This document shows positions 49,520 to 62,369 of a stretch of 64,000 nucleotides of DNA, piece by piece (positions within the stretch are counted from its first letter, which is position 1; the number at the start of each line of letters is the position of its first letter). The notes below the pieces were generated by a model. It was given only the letters and a program-made list of their open reading frames with translations. It searched no databases and was not told the origin of the DNA. Source of the DNA: Rozella allomycis CSF55. Taxonomy: Eukaryota. The stretch lies in the NCBI GenBank assembly GCA_000442015.1, contig KE561265.1, positions 124,001 to 188,000 on the forward strand, in the 5' to 3' direction. A program made the translations under genes and the position numbers.

Positions 49520-51659
49520 TTAAGGTTTTGTAGTAGTCAAGTGAAATATGAAGCTTGAAATCATTGCGGCTAAGAAGGCAATTACCAAAATGACTGGACC
49601 AACCCGGTCATCATAGGGACCTGGATGTCTAGTTCTTATTCTATGTGCTCTCCATTGATAAAGAAACAATGCGTAAAGAGCAAACAAGACAGCTACTGAA
49701 ATAAATAAATAGGCGGAGAATGTTGCTGTTGGATTATTGGGAAGCGACAAAAAGACAGAAGCTGTCCCACCCAAAAAGATGGAAAATTGAACCCAGGAAA
49801 GGAATGTTCTTTCATTTGCGAAAAACACTTTGGGTTCGACACGTACAGGAACGGCAATCTTCTTTCCATTCTTCTGATCGTTTACAGGCTTTCTCTTTGT
49901 GGTAAAGATAGAGAAAATTGACGAGGCTTGATGCTTCCTTGAAAGACCCAAGAGTGGTTTTTCTTCATCGGATTCGTCTTCAGCATCTTCCTTTGGCATT
50001 TCAATAGTGACATCCTTGTGATTTTTAGATAGTCGTTTAGTGACAGATATGTCTCTATTGATTGCTTCTTCAATTGGTCTTCTTTTTTCTTTCTCTATTT
50101 CCCGGGCGGTTTCATCAACCATTTGAGCCGGCTGCTTTCTAATGTCAACGTCCATTTGAGGAAGCCAAAATGGAAATAAAGTAACTTTGTGCTCAAGCAA
50201 TGTACTGCAACCATGAATAAATTTAGAAAACTTTGGGACCTCCTCGACCTTGAAGAAATTGGAAAATGAAATTTACTAAATGACCCTGGACTAAATCCTG
50301 AACCCATTTCGGTGGTTCTTGACCCATTTGAGTTTGTAGTTTAACTTCCAGTATTGCATATGGAAACCTAACTATTTCATCAGATGGAAGATTATTGAAT
50401 GGATATTCACAAAGCACATCCGGCCTTCTCCAATTTCCTTGGTTTCTTGGAGGGTCCTCACGTATCATTGAAAGTTCAGTATCAAGTGAAATTCTTACCC
50501 TTGCGTCTCCCGGCAGTTGAAATGCAGTACGATTGTAGAATGTTCTTACAGCTGGCTTTAACTTTTTCTCAAGAACGACGTTTTGAATCTCTCTTGATAG
50601 AGTCATCATTGCTTCCAACTCTTCGTCACTTTTAGATTTTTTGTCTCTCATTTTTTCAACACTTTTGTCTAATGTGTAAGCGCCGCTCAAAAAATCATTG
50701 ACATGTTTTTCTTTTAACACAAACCTCGACTTGACGCTTGTTTCACCCGTCCAATCTTCTCTATGAGTTTTTCTTTCTACAAACACTTCTTGTGGTTCAT
50801 CGCTTCCATACCAGCGTAATCTTAAAGCGATTGCACCTTCAGTCTTTTCCAAACGTCCAGTGTAAAGTTCCATGTCATCGTTATCATAATAAACGGATGA
50901 AATTGCTGGATCTGGAGTGGTTTTCTTCTTGTCAAACACAAGGATTGGTAGATGCTTCATAATATAGAATTTTAGTTCCGTCACATTGTCAGGATGAACC
51001 CAATACTTTGTTGTCTCATTTTACCTCTTACATTAAATTACCTTTCTTACAAAGTTTTGAGCAGATCCTGCAGCATCATTCGATACATCCTCTCTTTGCC
51101 CACCTATAAAATCAACAACAAAGAAGTACCATTCCTAATCACATCGTAGAGTTTAGATAATCTTAAGATCAGATTGTCTAAATTCTCTAAATACAAAGGC
51201 CTTGAATTTAATCTAACCATAAACATTGGTTTAAGCATGTAAGCTGTATATTTGTCATGTTTTTTCAATATCTTTATAAAACCAGTGTAGTTCAGTCTTG
51301 TAAAGTTTGCCAATTCCATCAATTCTAACGTTATCCTCTCAATTTCTTTCTGAAGCTCATTAATGACATCATTATCACCTAAATGTGCGTGTACACGTTT
51401 CTCCACGTCTTGAACATGCCTTGTCAATTCTCCTCCTTTGACATCACGAAAGTCAAAGACCTAATGTCAAACTATACAAAGAATTTACTTTTTCCAACTC
51501 TTTCTCCAGTGCCTGAACAAAGGCAGCTTCGTCACCATCACTAAAATATGCACTCTTAGCAGTTCTTTCTTTCAAAATCGACTTTAGATAGTCATAGTCC
51601 ATATAATGAAAACGCCATTCGGGATATCTTTTGCTTTTAATCTGCTCTCCAAACTTCAT
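49520..51659 (-). CDS. VTC4: Vacuolar polyphosphate polymerase VTC4 (SPX-VTC-DUF202)
   Basis: [69 protein letters not shown]. Confidence 0.96.
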
Positions 51660-52099
51660 TATACGACCCCGGTTAATTAACCAGCCAATTAAAACCGAAA
51701 TTGTTATAGATCAATAAAGCCTTCTTAATTATCTTTAAGTACAATTTCTCATTCGACTCTTTGTATACTTCTGCTGATGACTTAGTATCTATATTCTTTG
51801 GCTATTCGTCTAAACTTTGAATATTGTTTTATTCCCTTTATTGCACCGAGACTCACAAGTAAAAACACATTTAACCCTGCTTCTACATTTTGGATTCTCA
51901 ATATAATGATTGTGAATTCTAAGCCCAGAACAAAAATGTGAACTATTGATTTGAAAGTTTTTTAAACCAGAAAGTTTGAAACCATCTTTATTACAATGTT
52001 TTAAGATTAATTACAATAATCATATCTCATTATATACAGATGATCTAAAATTTTTCATTAGTATATTTAATTCACCAATTACTGAGCCACGTCTTTATA

Positions 52100-53653
52100 A
52101 TGAGTCGATTTGTTAGAGCTTCAAAGTTTCGTCATGTATTTGGAACGGCAAATAAAAGAGAAGCATGCTATGATGATGTAAGAGTATCCCGAACAGCAAT
52201 AGACTCTAACATTGTCAAAGTGAACACTCGTTTCATGTCTGTAAACTGGGAGATAGCAGGAGGTAAATCACATTTCCTTTTATAAAAGGCGGCGCATTTT
52301 GTGTTTGGCCTTTAGAAAAGCCAGGTCGCCTTCCCGTTGATGTACCACTCTACGTTGGTCACACCAATACAGTACTAGATACCGACTTTAATCCTTTCAA
52401 TGAATATGTAATAGCTTCATGTTCGGAAGACTGCACTGTTATGGTTTGGAATATTCCTGAAGGTTGAAAACATGATTGCAACTAATTTAGGTGGACTTAC
52501 TGAGAATTGCTCAACACCTGCCTTAACACTTTCAGGTCATGGCCGAAAGGTGAATAATGTATTGTTTCATCCGACTGCAGAAAATGTGTTAGCATCGTCT
52601 TCTTTTGACCTTACAGGTAATTGAAGATCTTTATTGAAAGTAGTTAAATTATGGGATATCGAAAAAGGGCAGCAAAAGGTGGAGTTGGTGGGGCATTTAG
52701 AATTTGTTCAGAGCATGTCTTGGAACTGGACGGGAAGTTTGCTCGCAACCACGTCAAAGGATAAGAAGCTCAGGATCTTTGATGTTAGATCTGCCAAGAT
52801 GGTCCAAGAAGTGGAAGCCCACCCAGGTGTTAAAGGTTCAAGATGTGTCTGGTTAGGAGACAGTGATAGAATTGCCACCACCGGCTTTTCAAAGACTTCA
52901 GATAGGCAATTGGCAATTTGGGACTATAACAATTTGACAAATCCTTTGAAGCTTGAAAATCTTGACACCTCTTCCGGAGTAATAATGCCATTTTATGACA
53001 ATGATACAAATTTACTATTTTTGGCGGGGAAAGTAATTGCTCCCATATGAATTTACAAGGGCGATGGCAATATAAGATATTTTGAAGTTGTTAATGATGA
53101 TCCATTTATTTACTACGTAAGCGAATATAAAAGCTCAGAGCCTCAAAGAGGCCTCGGCTTTCTGCCGAAAAGAGGCGTTAATGTCAACGAGATCGAAGTT
53201 TGCAGGGCGTTCAAAGTGAACACCAATATGATTGAACCTATTTCCTTTAAAGTTCCTAGAAAAGTAACTTTTTTGGTTTACTTTGATATAGTCTGATTCT
53301 TTTCAAGCAGATCTTTTTCCAGACACAATTGGTGACAAAGCTCCTCTCACAGCTGACGAATTTTTTGATGGGAAAGATGCCAAACCTATTCTCATTTCAT
53401 TAGAGAAAGGGTAAATTTATGTTGTGGCTTTTATAGATTTGTTCCCTCTGAAAAGAAAGAGTTCGTTTCTCAAACTGTCACAAAGTCTCCGTCAATCGAG
53501 TTGGAAGCCATGAAGATTATGTCGGACAAAGAAGTCAGAGAAGCGTTCCATCAGCAACGCAAGGAGATTGAGGAACTCAAAAATCAAATAGCACAAAAAG
53601 ACGTGACAATTCGTCAACTTGAAATTCAACTTGAGGCAGCAAAAAACAAATAA
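52100..53653 (+). CDS. CRN1: Coronin
   Basis: [77 protein letters not shown]-terminal coiled coil. Confidence 0.96.
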
Positions 53654-53710
53654 ATAAATATATTTTTTCAAAGGGGTGTTTTATTTAAGTTTGTGAAAGC
53701 CAAAATACGT

Positions 53711-53851
53711 CTACGGTTAGAAATGTTCAAGTAAAATGTTAAAATAGCAAAAATGTCAGAAGGAAGGCAACATAGCTGTCCATCACGCGTCAGAACAGGT
53801 CTGAAGTTAATCATCATAAAAAAAGTAAAGGAAAAATGTTCAAATACTTAC
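53711..53851 (-). other. 141-nt intron of a putative non-coding snoRNA host transcript
   Basis: 5' GTAAGT, CTAAC branch point and TAG end; no ATG/ORF in the short flanking exons; AATAAA downstream. Confidence 0.72.
53756..53817 (-). ncRNA. Box C/D snoRNA with two 18S rRNA guides (yeast Gm1428 and Am420 equivalents)
   Basis: Minus strand: C ATGATGA, guide CAGACCTGTT, D' CTGA, C' GTGATGG, guide TGTTGCCTTCCTT, D CTGA; the guides are antisense to conserved SSU rRNA AACAGGUCUG and AAGGAAGGCAGCA. Confidence 0.9.
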
Positions 53852-53920
53852 AGTTGTTTTTATGACAGGGGTTGTGCGATTGTTTTTCAGTTTTTATAGT
53901 GTGAAAAATGAAATTTACGA

Positions 53921-55451
53921 ATGCCAAAACCAAAAATTCTTTTTATTTTAATCGATGGATTGGGTGATGTTGGAATAAAGTCTAAAGATTTTCAAACACC
54001 ACTTCAATTGGCTTCCACATCTCACTTGGACCTTTTGTCAAGTACATCATTTATTGATTTGTAATAGAATATGGGCTAAATGGAATGATAGATCCTGTCG
54101 ATGTAGGTTTGGCCTGCGGATCAGATACAGCCCATTTAAGTCTTTTCGGCTATGATTCAAGACAAGTCTACAGAGGCAGAGGTGCATTTGAGGCTATGGG
54201 GGCTGGGCTAGATTTACAACCCGGAGACATAGCATTCAAAGTATTTCATCTTAATAGAATTTAAAAGAGCAATTTTGCTATTATTGATGATTCGTCCAAT
54301 ATAGTGATTAGCAGGAGAGCCGATAGAAATTTTGAACATTCTGGTCCCGTTTTCTGCAAAGATATTGATAACAAGTACATAATATATTTGTAATAACAAC
54401 TGAATAATTGATTTGAACGGAGAAAAGATACAGATTAATTGCAAATACGCAACTGAACACCGATGCGGTATTCGGATAAGAGGGGAGTTTGCATTGTCTG
54501 ATCAAATCACTGGAACTGATCCATTAAAAGACAAGTAAATTATAAAGATTCGTGTTATAGTCGATTACTGTTGAAGTCTGAACCATTGAGCCATGATGAC
54601 GAGGTTGCAGTCAGAACCAGTCAGGTAGTCGAATCTTTTTGATTTAATAGATCGTTAATAAAGTTTCTGATGAATTAAGAGAATTATTAAAACAACACCC
54701 AGAAAACGAACGAAGAAATCTAAAAGGGATGACGCAAACGAATGTGGTACTCTTGCGAGGTGCAGGTGGTTTACTGGAGGTAATAATAAAATTCTTCTTC
54801 AATCTATCAGATTCCATCCTTTATTTCAAAAACTTCACTAAAGGGTTTCATGATTGCGCCAACTTGCATTATAGCCGGGCTAGGGAAATGCATTGGTCTA
54901 GGTATTACACATCTTCTTTTCTTCTTTAGATGTTATTAATGTGCAAGGTGCAACTGGTGACTATAAAACAAATCTAATTGCCAAGGCAAACGCTGCAATT
55001 CAAATCATTTCTGGTAAGTAACGAAAATAATGGTGATAAGAAAGTTACGATTTTGGTTTCCTACATATTAAAAGTGTCGATGACGCTGGGCATGATAGAA
55101 ACATAGATTTAAAAATTTCATGGATTGAAAAGGTCGACCAAATGATTTCAAGAATAATTGATCAGGCCAAGGCAGTAGAATGTCTTGAGAATGTAATTAG
55201 TGAAATTTTAAGGTTATTAGCTTTGGATTATAGTTACTGGAGATCATTCTACACCTGTTGAATATGGTGATCATAGTTGCGAGCCTGTGCCATTTGTTCT
55301 CTGCAAATTGCGAAATATTTTAAAGGATGACAAAACATTGGCTGATGATGTTCAGCGTTTTAATGAAATATGTTCATCTAAAGGGGCATTAGGCAGATTT
55401 TCCGGTTTTGAAATTATGAATAGCATACTTCCCATCATTATGAATGAATAA
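53921..55451 (+). CDS. apgM: Cofactor-independent phosphoglycerate mutase, archaeal-type (ApgM / alkaline phosphatase superfamily); ~10 introns
   Basis: ILIDGLGD, ACGSDTAHLSLFGYD, YRGRGAFEAMGAG, TEHRCG, FLHIKSVDDAGHD, VTGDHSTPV. Confidence 0.9.
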
Positions 55452-55540
55452 ACTCAATTTTAACTTGCGAACTTTATCCAACATTCATTGAATTTATTTT
55501 GAAGTTCAATTCAGCTTTTAAGCGTTTCTCAAATTTCCTT

Positions 55541-56388
55541 ATGCGATTACCAATTCGGTTTCCTCAATTACACACTAATATATTGAAATCAAACATATTT
55601 GTATATAATTATAGTGCTACGTAATGTTCATCAAATAAAACAATCAAGTCCATATATCGTGGAGAGACGCAATGATACTTACACTCAAAGACGACTCAAA
55701 AAGCAATTCAGGGCCAGAAGTGCTTTTAAGCTTTCGGAAATGCATGAAATGAGTCCCTTAATTAATCCAGGAGATGCAGTTGTAAATTGTTTAGTGTTTT
55801 GAATGATGTAGTTGGATTTAGGATGTGCACCGGGATCATGGTGTCAAGTTGCCGAAGAATTGGTTGGACCTAAAGGAATTGTAGTCGGAGTAGATAGAGT
55901 TTGTAATTGGAATTGATTTTTTAAAAAAGACGTTCCTCCCTTAACATTAACAAGGTTCATTGTAGGAGATGCAACTCTACCCAGTATTCAAAAATCAATT
56001 AGGGAGCAATTAATTGAAAAGGAATACTTTGACGTTGTTCTGAGGTAATCATTAATGGTATTATTGACAGCGATATGTGTCCAAATCTGATAGGCATAAA
56101 GAGTGCAGATCATCAAGCCAGTCTAAATATTGTAAATGAGGCACTGAAAATAGCACATGGCATGTTGAAAGAAAATGGCACTCTCCTCGTGAAATTGTTT
56201 TTGTCTGGCCATGAGCGATGTAACAAGTCTCTTAACCTAAAATAGTCGTTAAAAGCAAATTGGAAGAAATTTTCAAAAAGGTTAAAATTGTTAAACCGCC
56301 GGCATCAAAAAAGGAGTCGGCTGAAATTTACATCCGTGCAGAAAAGTTCCATCCATTGAATAGAAAATACCCACTTTCGTTGATATAA
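55541..56388 (+). CDS. MRM2: FtsJ/RlmE-type rRNA 2'-O-methyltransferase, mitochondrial type
   Basis: [46 protein letters not shown]. Confidence 0.88.
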
Positions 56389-56424
56389 ACTTTTAAATGA
56401 TGTTTATAGTTATTTGAACATAAA

Positions 56425-57133
56425 TTAATTTTTCTTTTGAGCTTCCTGAATGGAGACTAGAATTTGACATCCTCTTTTCAACTGTATAACGTTAATAACT
56501 TGCTTCAACAACCACACAGGAAATACAACATAAAGAGCATTAGTTGTAAAACTTTTCATGAATTCAAATTGTTCTAATTTAATGATATACAAAAAGACAT
56601 AAAATAATTCTGCGAATGCGCATACAAGAAATAATGCTGTTCTATTAGTGTAATATAACTTGAGAATCGACCATCCCTTATCTTTAACATTCTTATGGCT
56701 GGATTCTCCCTGTCTTAGAGAACTACATTTACTTTGAAACAATTTGATACCTAAACATTTGAATGTAATGAGAGCTTAAGTCAAGGCCAAGTAAAAATTG
56801 GAATATCATACAAAAGTTTGGATATAATATACACAAGTAGCAAATCAATCCTGCAGTCGTAGATCTAGTTCAATTTGTAAAATACAATCACCTATCTGTA
56901 ACCATATCCAAAACAGCACCTAATTCAGAGCATTGATTGAAATATCTCGCCGCCAAACCATCAAATGCGTCCAAAATAGATGAGAGCAAGTATACTACAA
57001 TTGCATATCCGTGATAATTTATCTGCATGTAATAAAATGATAAAATTGACAAAACGATACGAACATATCCTGATTATAGACCTTTGTTGCTAGTACCTAT
57101 AACATTTGGAATATAAAAGTAGATTCGTGACAT
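56425..57133 (-). CDS. PIS1: Phosphatidylinositol synthase (CDP-alcohol phosphatidyltransferase)
   Basis: YIPNVIGYVRI, LDAFDGLAARYFNQCSELGAVLDMVTDR, LDLSSHY, SHKNV. Confidence 0.93.
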
Positions 57134-57149
57134 TCCAAATGTGGCTTGG

Positions 57150-58926
57150 ATGTCAAAATTTGTTAAAGAAAAAGAGCTACAATGGAAGAAGGTAGAGTTG
57201 GACGAGATTGATCATATGAATATGGATCTTGATGGATTTTACATGCTCGAAGAGATAGATGGAGTAGATGTTGTAAAGCTAGATCAGGCTGGTGGCCTCA
57301 AGACTATAGGCTTTGAAATGGTAAATTTTATCACTATATAAACAAAAGAAAAATATTAAAGCGAAAAAGAAAAAGTCTAAAGCTGCGTGGAGTGTTACTG
57401 AGACTACTGAAATAGAAGCTCCATTACATGTAGAAAGCGAAGACCAAGAAGAAAATGAAATAATTAAAGAGAAAGACGCAGATGAGTTGGAAGAAAATAA
57501 GATTATCGAATCAAATGATGAGATTGACATTACCAATTCATCATGGCAAGGATATGATTTGAATGAAAAGCTAACTAAACAACTTATCAAAGGTGGATAT
57601 ATTGAACCAACCATGATTCAACAAACAGTTCTTTCTTATTTATCAAACAATCCATACGCAAATATTCTCGTAGGATCCGAAACTGTAATAAGAATATAAA
57701 TTATTCATTAAATAGGGTTCAGGTAAAACTCTTGCATTTGTCCTCCCGCTTATAAATCTGCTTTCCACAAATCAAACTGGGCTGATAATTGCACCTACAA
57801 GAGAGTTGGCTACACAAATTAGCCAAGTTGTTTCAATATTCACCAAAGTAAATACTTATTTTGATTATAAAAAAGGCTACGTTACTCATTGGTGGAATAT
57901 CATTGGAAAAACAGCGTAGACTATTAAGTCACCTTGATGAAACAAAAGTTGTGATTGCCACCCCTGGCCGTTTTTGGGATTTACTTTGTGAATCTGAAGA
58001 ATTAAAAGAATTTTTAATAAAAGTTCAAATTCTAGTTGTCGATGAAGCTGATCGTTTGTTTTACAAGACCAAAAAGATTAACGAAGAGTTTGAAAAGATT
58101 TTAAAATATTTATTAGAAGTTGTTTTAAATAAAAATAAAAAGCTTCGATTTTGGCTATTTTCTGCCACCATTCAGTTGGCAGATTTCGATTCAGATTCTT
58201 GTTTTGGAAAATTCGTTCAAGATGGAAAACTGAAATTTAAACAAATTGGATCAAAGGCCGCAACAATTAAAGACAGACTGAGTGTCTTTAAAGTAGAATG
58301 TCTAGAAGAAAGAAAAGGTTGCTTTCTATACAAATATTTACATGAAAAGACTGGAAGAATAATTGTATTTTTCAACAGCATCAAATTGATTGAAAAATAC
58401 ATTTTAGTATTAAAGAAATTATTTAAAAGCAGAAAGATTTATTCTCTTCATGCAAAACAAAAGCAAAAAGACAGATTGTCAGCGCTTGAAAAGTAAAACA
58501 TCTTTAAACTAGGAATAGATTTGAAAAGAACGAAGATGCAATCTTAATTTGTTCTGATGTTGCTGCAAGAGGTTTGGATATTGCAAACGTGGATGTTGTG
58601 GTTCATTTCCACGTCCCAAGAAATATTGACGTAAATTAAATTCTTAATGTTTTTTTCAGGTTTATTTGCATAGAACTGGTAGAACTGCTCGCTTAGATAA
58701 AGTCGGAGAGTCGATTGTTTTTGTGTCGCCTAAAGAACACAGCGCGTTTGATAAATTGGCTAAAATGTTTGAAATTCAAGTTGGTCTCAAAGTGCAAAAG
58801 CATTCCATTGAAATGAATAACATCAAAAAGTTTCAAAAAGAATTTAATTTAGCCTTTGACTCGGTAAAAGAAACCGAAAGTAAGAAATATTCTAAATCGA
58901 GCATTTCCGAAATGGAATTGGAATGA
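57150..58926 (+). CDS. MAK5: DEAD-box RNA helicase, MAK5/DDX24-like
   Basis: N-terminal WKKV...[64 protein letters not shown]. Confidence 0.85.
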
Positions 58927-59003
58927 AAATGATCCTCAATTTAATTCATAAACTCAGAATAAATTAGTTTAATTACAGTATTTTAATTGGAAAATTTTGT
59001 TAA

Positions 59004-59350
59004 ATGTCCAGAGAAAGAAATAGCACCGATTTTGAACTTCACAATGATTTCCACCCTTCCCAATTTATCCAAAGTCCTCGCCCTATTCCTAAAAAAGCCA
59101 TAGCATATGCCTCAATATTATTCCTACTCGGTTCCTTTTTTCTAGCATTCGGAATACTTTTGTTAACTAATATCATACCCGAAACAGTATAAATTGACTA
59201 AATTATTAATAGAATGTGAATGATAGATCTATTCCAATGATCATTCTAGGTAGCCTAATGTTCATTCCTGGTTTTTATCACGTCAGGATAGCCTACTACG
59301 CATACATGAAAGTACCAGGATACGATTATTCACAAATTCCAGAGTTTTAA
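59004..59350 (+). CDS. TMEM230: TMEM230 (DUF872) membrane protein
   Basis: IPKKAIAYASILFLLGS, LMFIPGFYHVRIAYYAY..VPGYDYSQIPEF. Confidence 0.88.
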
Positions 59351-59379
59351 ATAAATAAAAAGGTTACAATTTATATGCT

Positions 59380-61052
59380 TTATTGACTCTTTTCAGAAAT
59401 ATCGGCAGTTAGAGCAGATTGACTATCAGCAGTTGCATCAACAGGGCTTTCAAGATTTTCATCCGTTTTCTTAATTTCTTCAAGTTCAATTTTTTGAAGA
59501 GCTTTAGCTTTAGCTTTTTTGTCAATGTACTGGCTCTTGAATATTAAAAGTATAAAAGCAATCATGGCCAAAATCCATGATATCTTAAATAATCCCTGAT
59601 GACGGTTAAAGAAGCCTGTAATAGACGCAAGTTCTTTAGCTCTGCGAGTTTTAAATGACAAATCGTCTTTAGTCTCTCCAGGCAACAATGGGACGTCGGT
59701 TTTAAGTAACCAAAACCCTAAAAGACCGGCCAAAGAGGGTGCTAATCCAACATAAATTCCAGAAAATAATCCTTGGGCGGTGGCTTGAAGTTCTATTGGC
59801 GCTTCTTTTACAGCAACCATAACTCCACTGGCTGTCATACAGCCGAAACTGATACCTTTAAATGCTTCTGCCAAACATGCAATATACACATATGTTTGAA
59901 TGCCTTTTATAAATGTAACAAAATTGACTTACCTGTTCCTACAGGAAGAGCAACGTGAATTCCCATACGAATAATCATTGAGACTTGAGCAGCTACCATA
60001 AGCTTAAATACTCCAAATCGCGCGACCAGGTAACGAGAAACAAAGAAGAAAATAAGCTCAATAGCTTGACCACAGTTAGAAGCTAAACTAACAAAAGTCT
60101 TGTCACCACTGAGGCCATCCAAATCATCTTCAATATAATTGGCCATAAAATGAGAACCAATAGCTCTGGAAACACCATTAAATAACACAATAAGAAGAAA
60201 AAATCCGAATTTTGGATTGCTCAAAAGTTTTCCAATAGATTCAAAATTCGATGGCCTTTTCTCATTCTTCTTTTCTAACTTAGCAGATTTCGCGATTTCC
60301 GGATCTTTTTTCTCGCCAATTGAATAGATGCTAACTCCATTCTTCGGCCTGTCAGAAGGAATAAGAAAAAATCCAATGACAGTGAACAATGTAAAGGAAA
60401 TACCTACAGCTGGAAAGATGGAATCATATGAATATTTGTCGATTAAGTAACCCATAAATTGAACGATGACAGTATTTCCAAGAGTTCCCCAAAGTCTTTG
60501 ACGTCCGTAAAGTTCTTTTGCATTCCCTTCACACTTTGATGAGTTAAGCATAGCGACTATAATACGATCCATCAATGGATAAACAGCACCATTGAAACAA
60601 TTAATGACTGAGCCAACTGCAATGACTGCGGCGATTGTTTGGGGCAAAGTCTCTTCGGTGGCCCTAGAAATACATTTAAAAAGAAAGAAGGCAGCACCCT
60701 GGCAAAGGGTCGTAATTAGCAAAGTTGTTTTGGGACATCTGAATCGGTCTGCAATGTACGTCCACAACGGGGCTGACGCAAACGCCACAAATGACAGTAC
60801 TGCAGCGATGATACCGTATTGTTGAGCTGGGATACCGAACACATCTCTAAAAAATCTTGTACGAAAAGTCTATTTAAGAATATAAAGTATTATTACATAG
60901 CAAGTATTAACTGCGACAAGTAAAACAAAGAATAGAATCTTGGGATAGATTAACAAGTCTACTTCCCAAAACTCTCTTGAGAAGATACGGCTTTTTCCGT
61001 TAATCTTTTTGGATTCTTTTGACTTTTCAACAGCTTCCGAGTTTTGATTCAT
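59380..61052 (-). CDS. MFS transporter, MFSD6-like
   Basis: APLWTYIADRF, YGRQRLWGTLG, APIELQATAQGLFSGIYVGL; ~12 hydrophobic segments. Confidence 0.88.
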
Positions 61053-61344
61053 GGCTGTTTTAGTGGCGCAGTGTTCACTTGGCGGATTTTTTATTTTTGT
61101 GGCTGAGTGAAGGTGAAGGGTTTAAAATAGGAAACAATTGCTTATTTCTTAAATCAACGCCACTCATCATAATTTAAAATTAAAACCCTTATAAGCGACA
61201 GCGTGTTAATTAATTTATAACATCAGTTTTCAAGGGGTTAACTATGCTGCATGGATGACAATCATTGAATTACCTCACTTTGTATATTTATAGCATAATT
61301 CTAAATATAGCATTTATTTTAAATGAATGATTCTATAGTTTAAT

Positions 61345-62345
61345 TTAAACCTTGCTTTCCCCTTTGATATCAAAGGTCTGTTCCGGCGTTAAATAAAATA
61401 AAGCAAGGCCAGCCAAAACCAAGGAAAAGGATCCAAAATACCAATACTCCAGCTAATTTAAAAATAAATTTGAAGATACTTTTTGGTTAAACAAGATCAT
61501 GTAGCCTATGAGGGTGTAAATGTATGTTGTCAACAAAGACAAGTTTAAAGCGGTCGCTGATGTATGTAGTATTACAAAAGGAACTAAAGAGTAAAAAACG
61601 AATATAGCTAAAGCATAAAAAGCAAGAAAAGTAGCATTTGAAGAATCCATTTGCGTTATTTTATGATACTCCAAAGCAAAACTACTCGACGTGAAATGAA
61701 AAACTTACCTCTGCGAGATTCCAAAAATTAATCCAAAAGCGCTAAGGAGCCCCAAATATTCGTACGAGCCCACATAATTTAAAAGGTACTCTTGAACTGT
61801 GTTGGCTAAGGCATACAAAAAGGCACCGCCAACAGCTAAAAGCATACCTTTCATATAAGAGGAACCTATTATATTAATAGATAATTTTTACTTTGTAAGT
61901 CATTTGCTGGTTGATTGGTTTGAACTATGAGGAAAATCAAACCTAACAAACAAAAGATTACGCCTATAAAATGTTGTTTTCGATATTTAGTCTTGAAAAA
62001 TATAACACTCATTATCATTGCAAATGGCACAGTCATGCTGTTGGCTAGAACGATGCTAGTCACGCTGGCATATTCAAATGATGTTACAATAAGAAAGTTT
62101 GCTTCCAAATCAATAATCGCATTCAGAATTATTAATGCCAATATTTTTCCCGTGACAACTTTTTTAATGTTTCTATAATTGAATGGAAAATACGCTAAGA
62201 AGATTAGAAAATAGCAAATTGTTGCTTGAAAGGCGGGTTTTACGAGTCCTGCATCAAAGTATTCATTCAATAGATTTGTAGTAGTCAAGCAAAGAGATAA
62301 AAGTTGGCCTAGCGCAAAAATCAACAGTCGAAGTGAACCAAACAT
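61345..62345 (-). CDS. SLC35F1/F2-like (DUF914) DMT transporter
   Basis: LGQLLSLCL, IDLEANFLIV, GAFLYALANTVQEY, SATALNLSLLT. Confidence 0.88.
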
Positions 62346-62369
62346 TTGCGTGGCTTGGACGGAAAAAAT

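Noticed and set aside
51660-52099. Possible small minus-strand gene between VTC4 and coronin
   Set aside because: Only a ~40-codon open stretch with no credible start or splice path.
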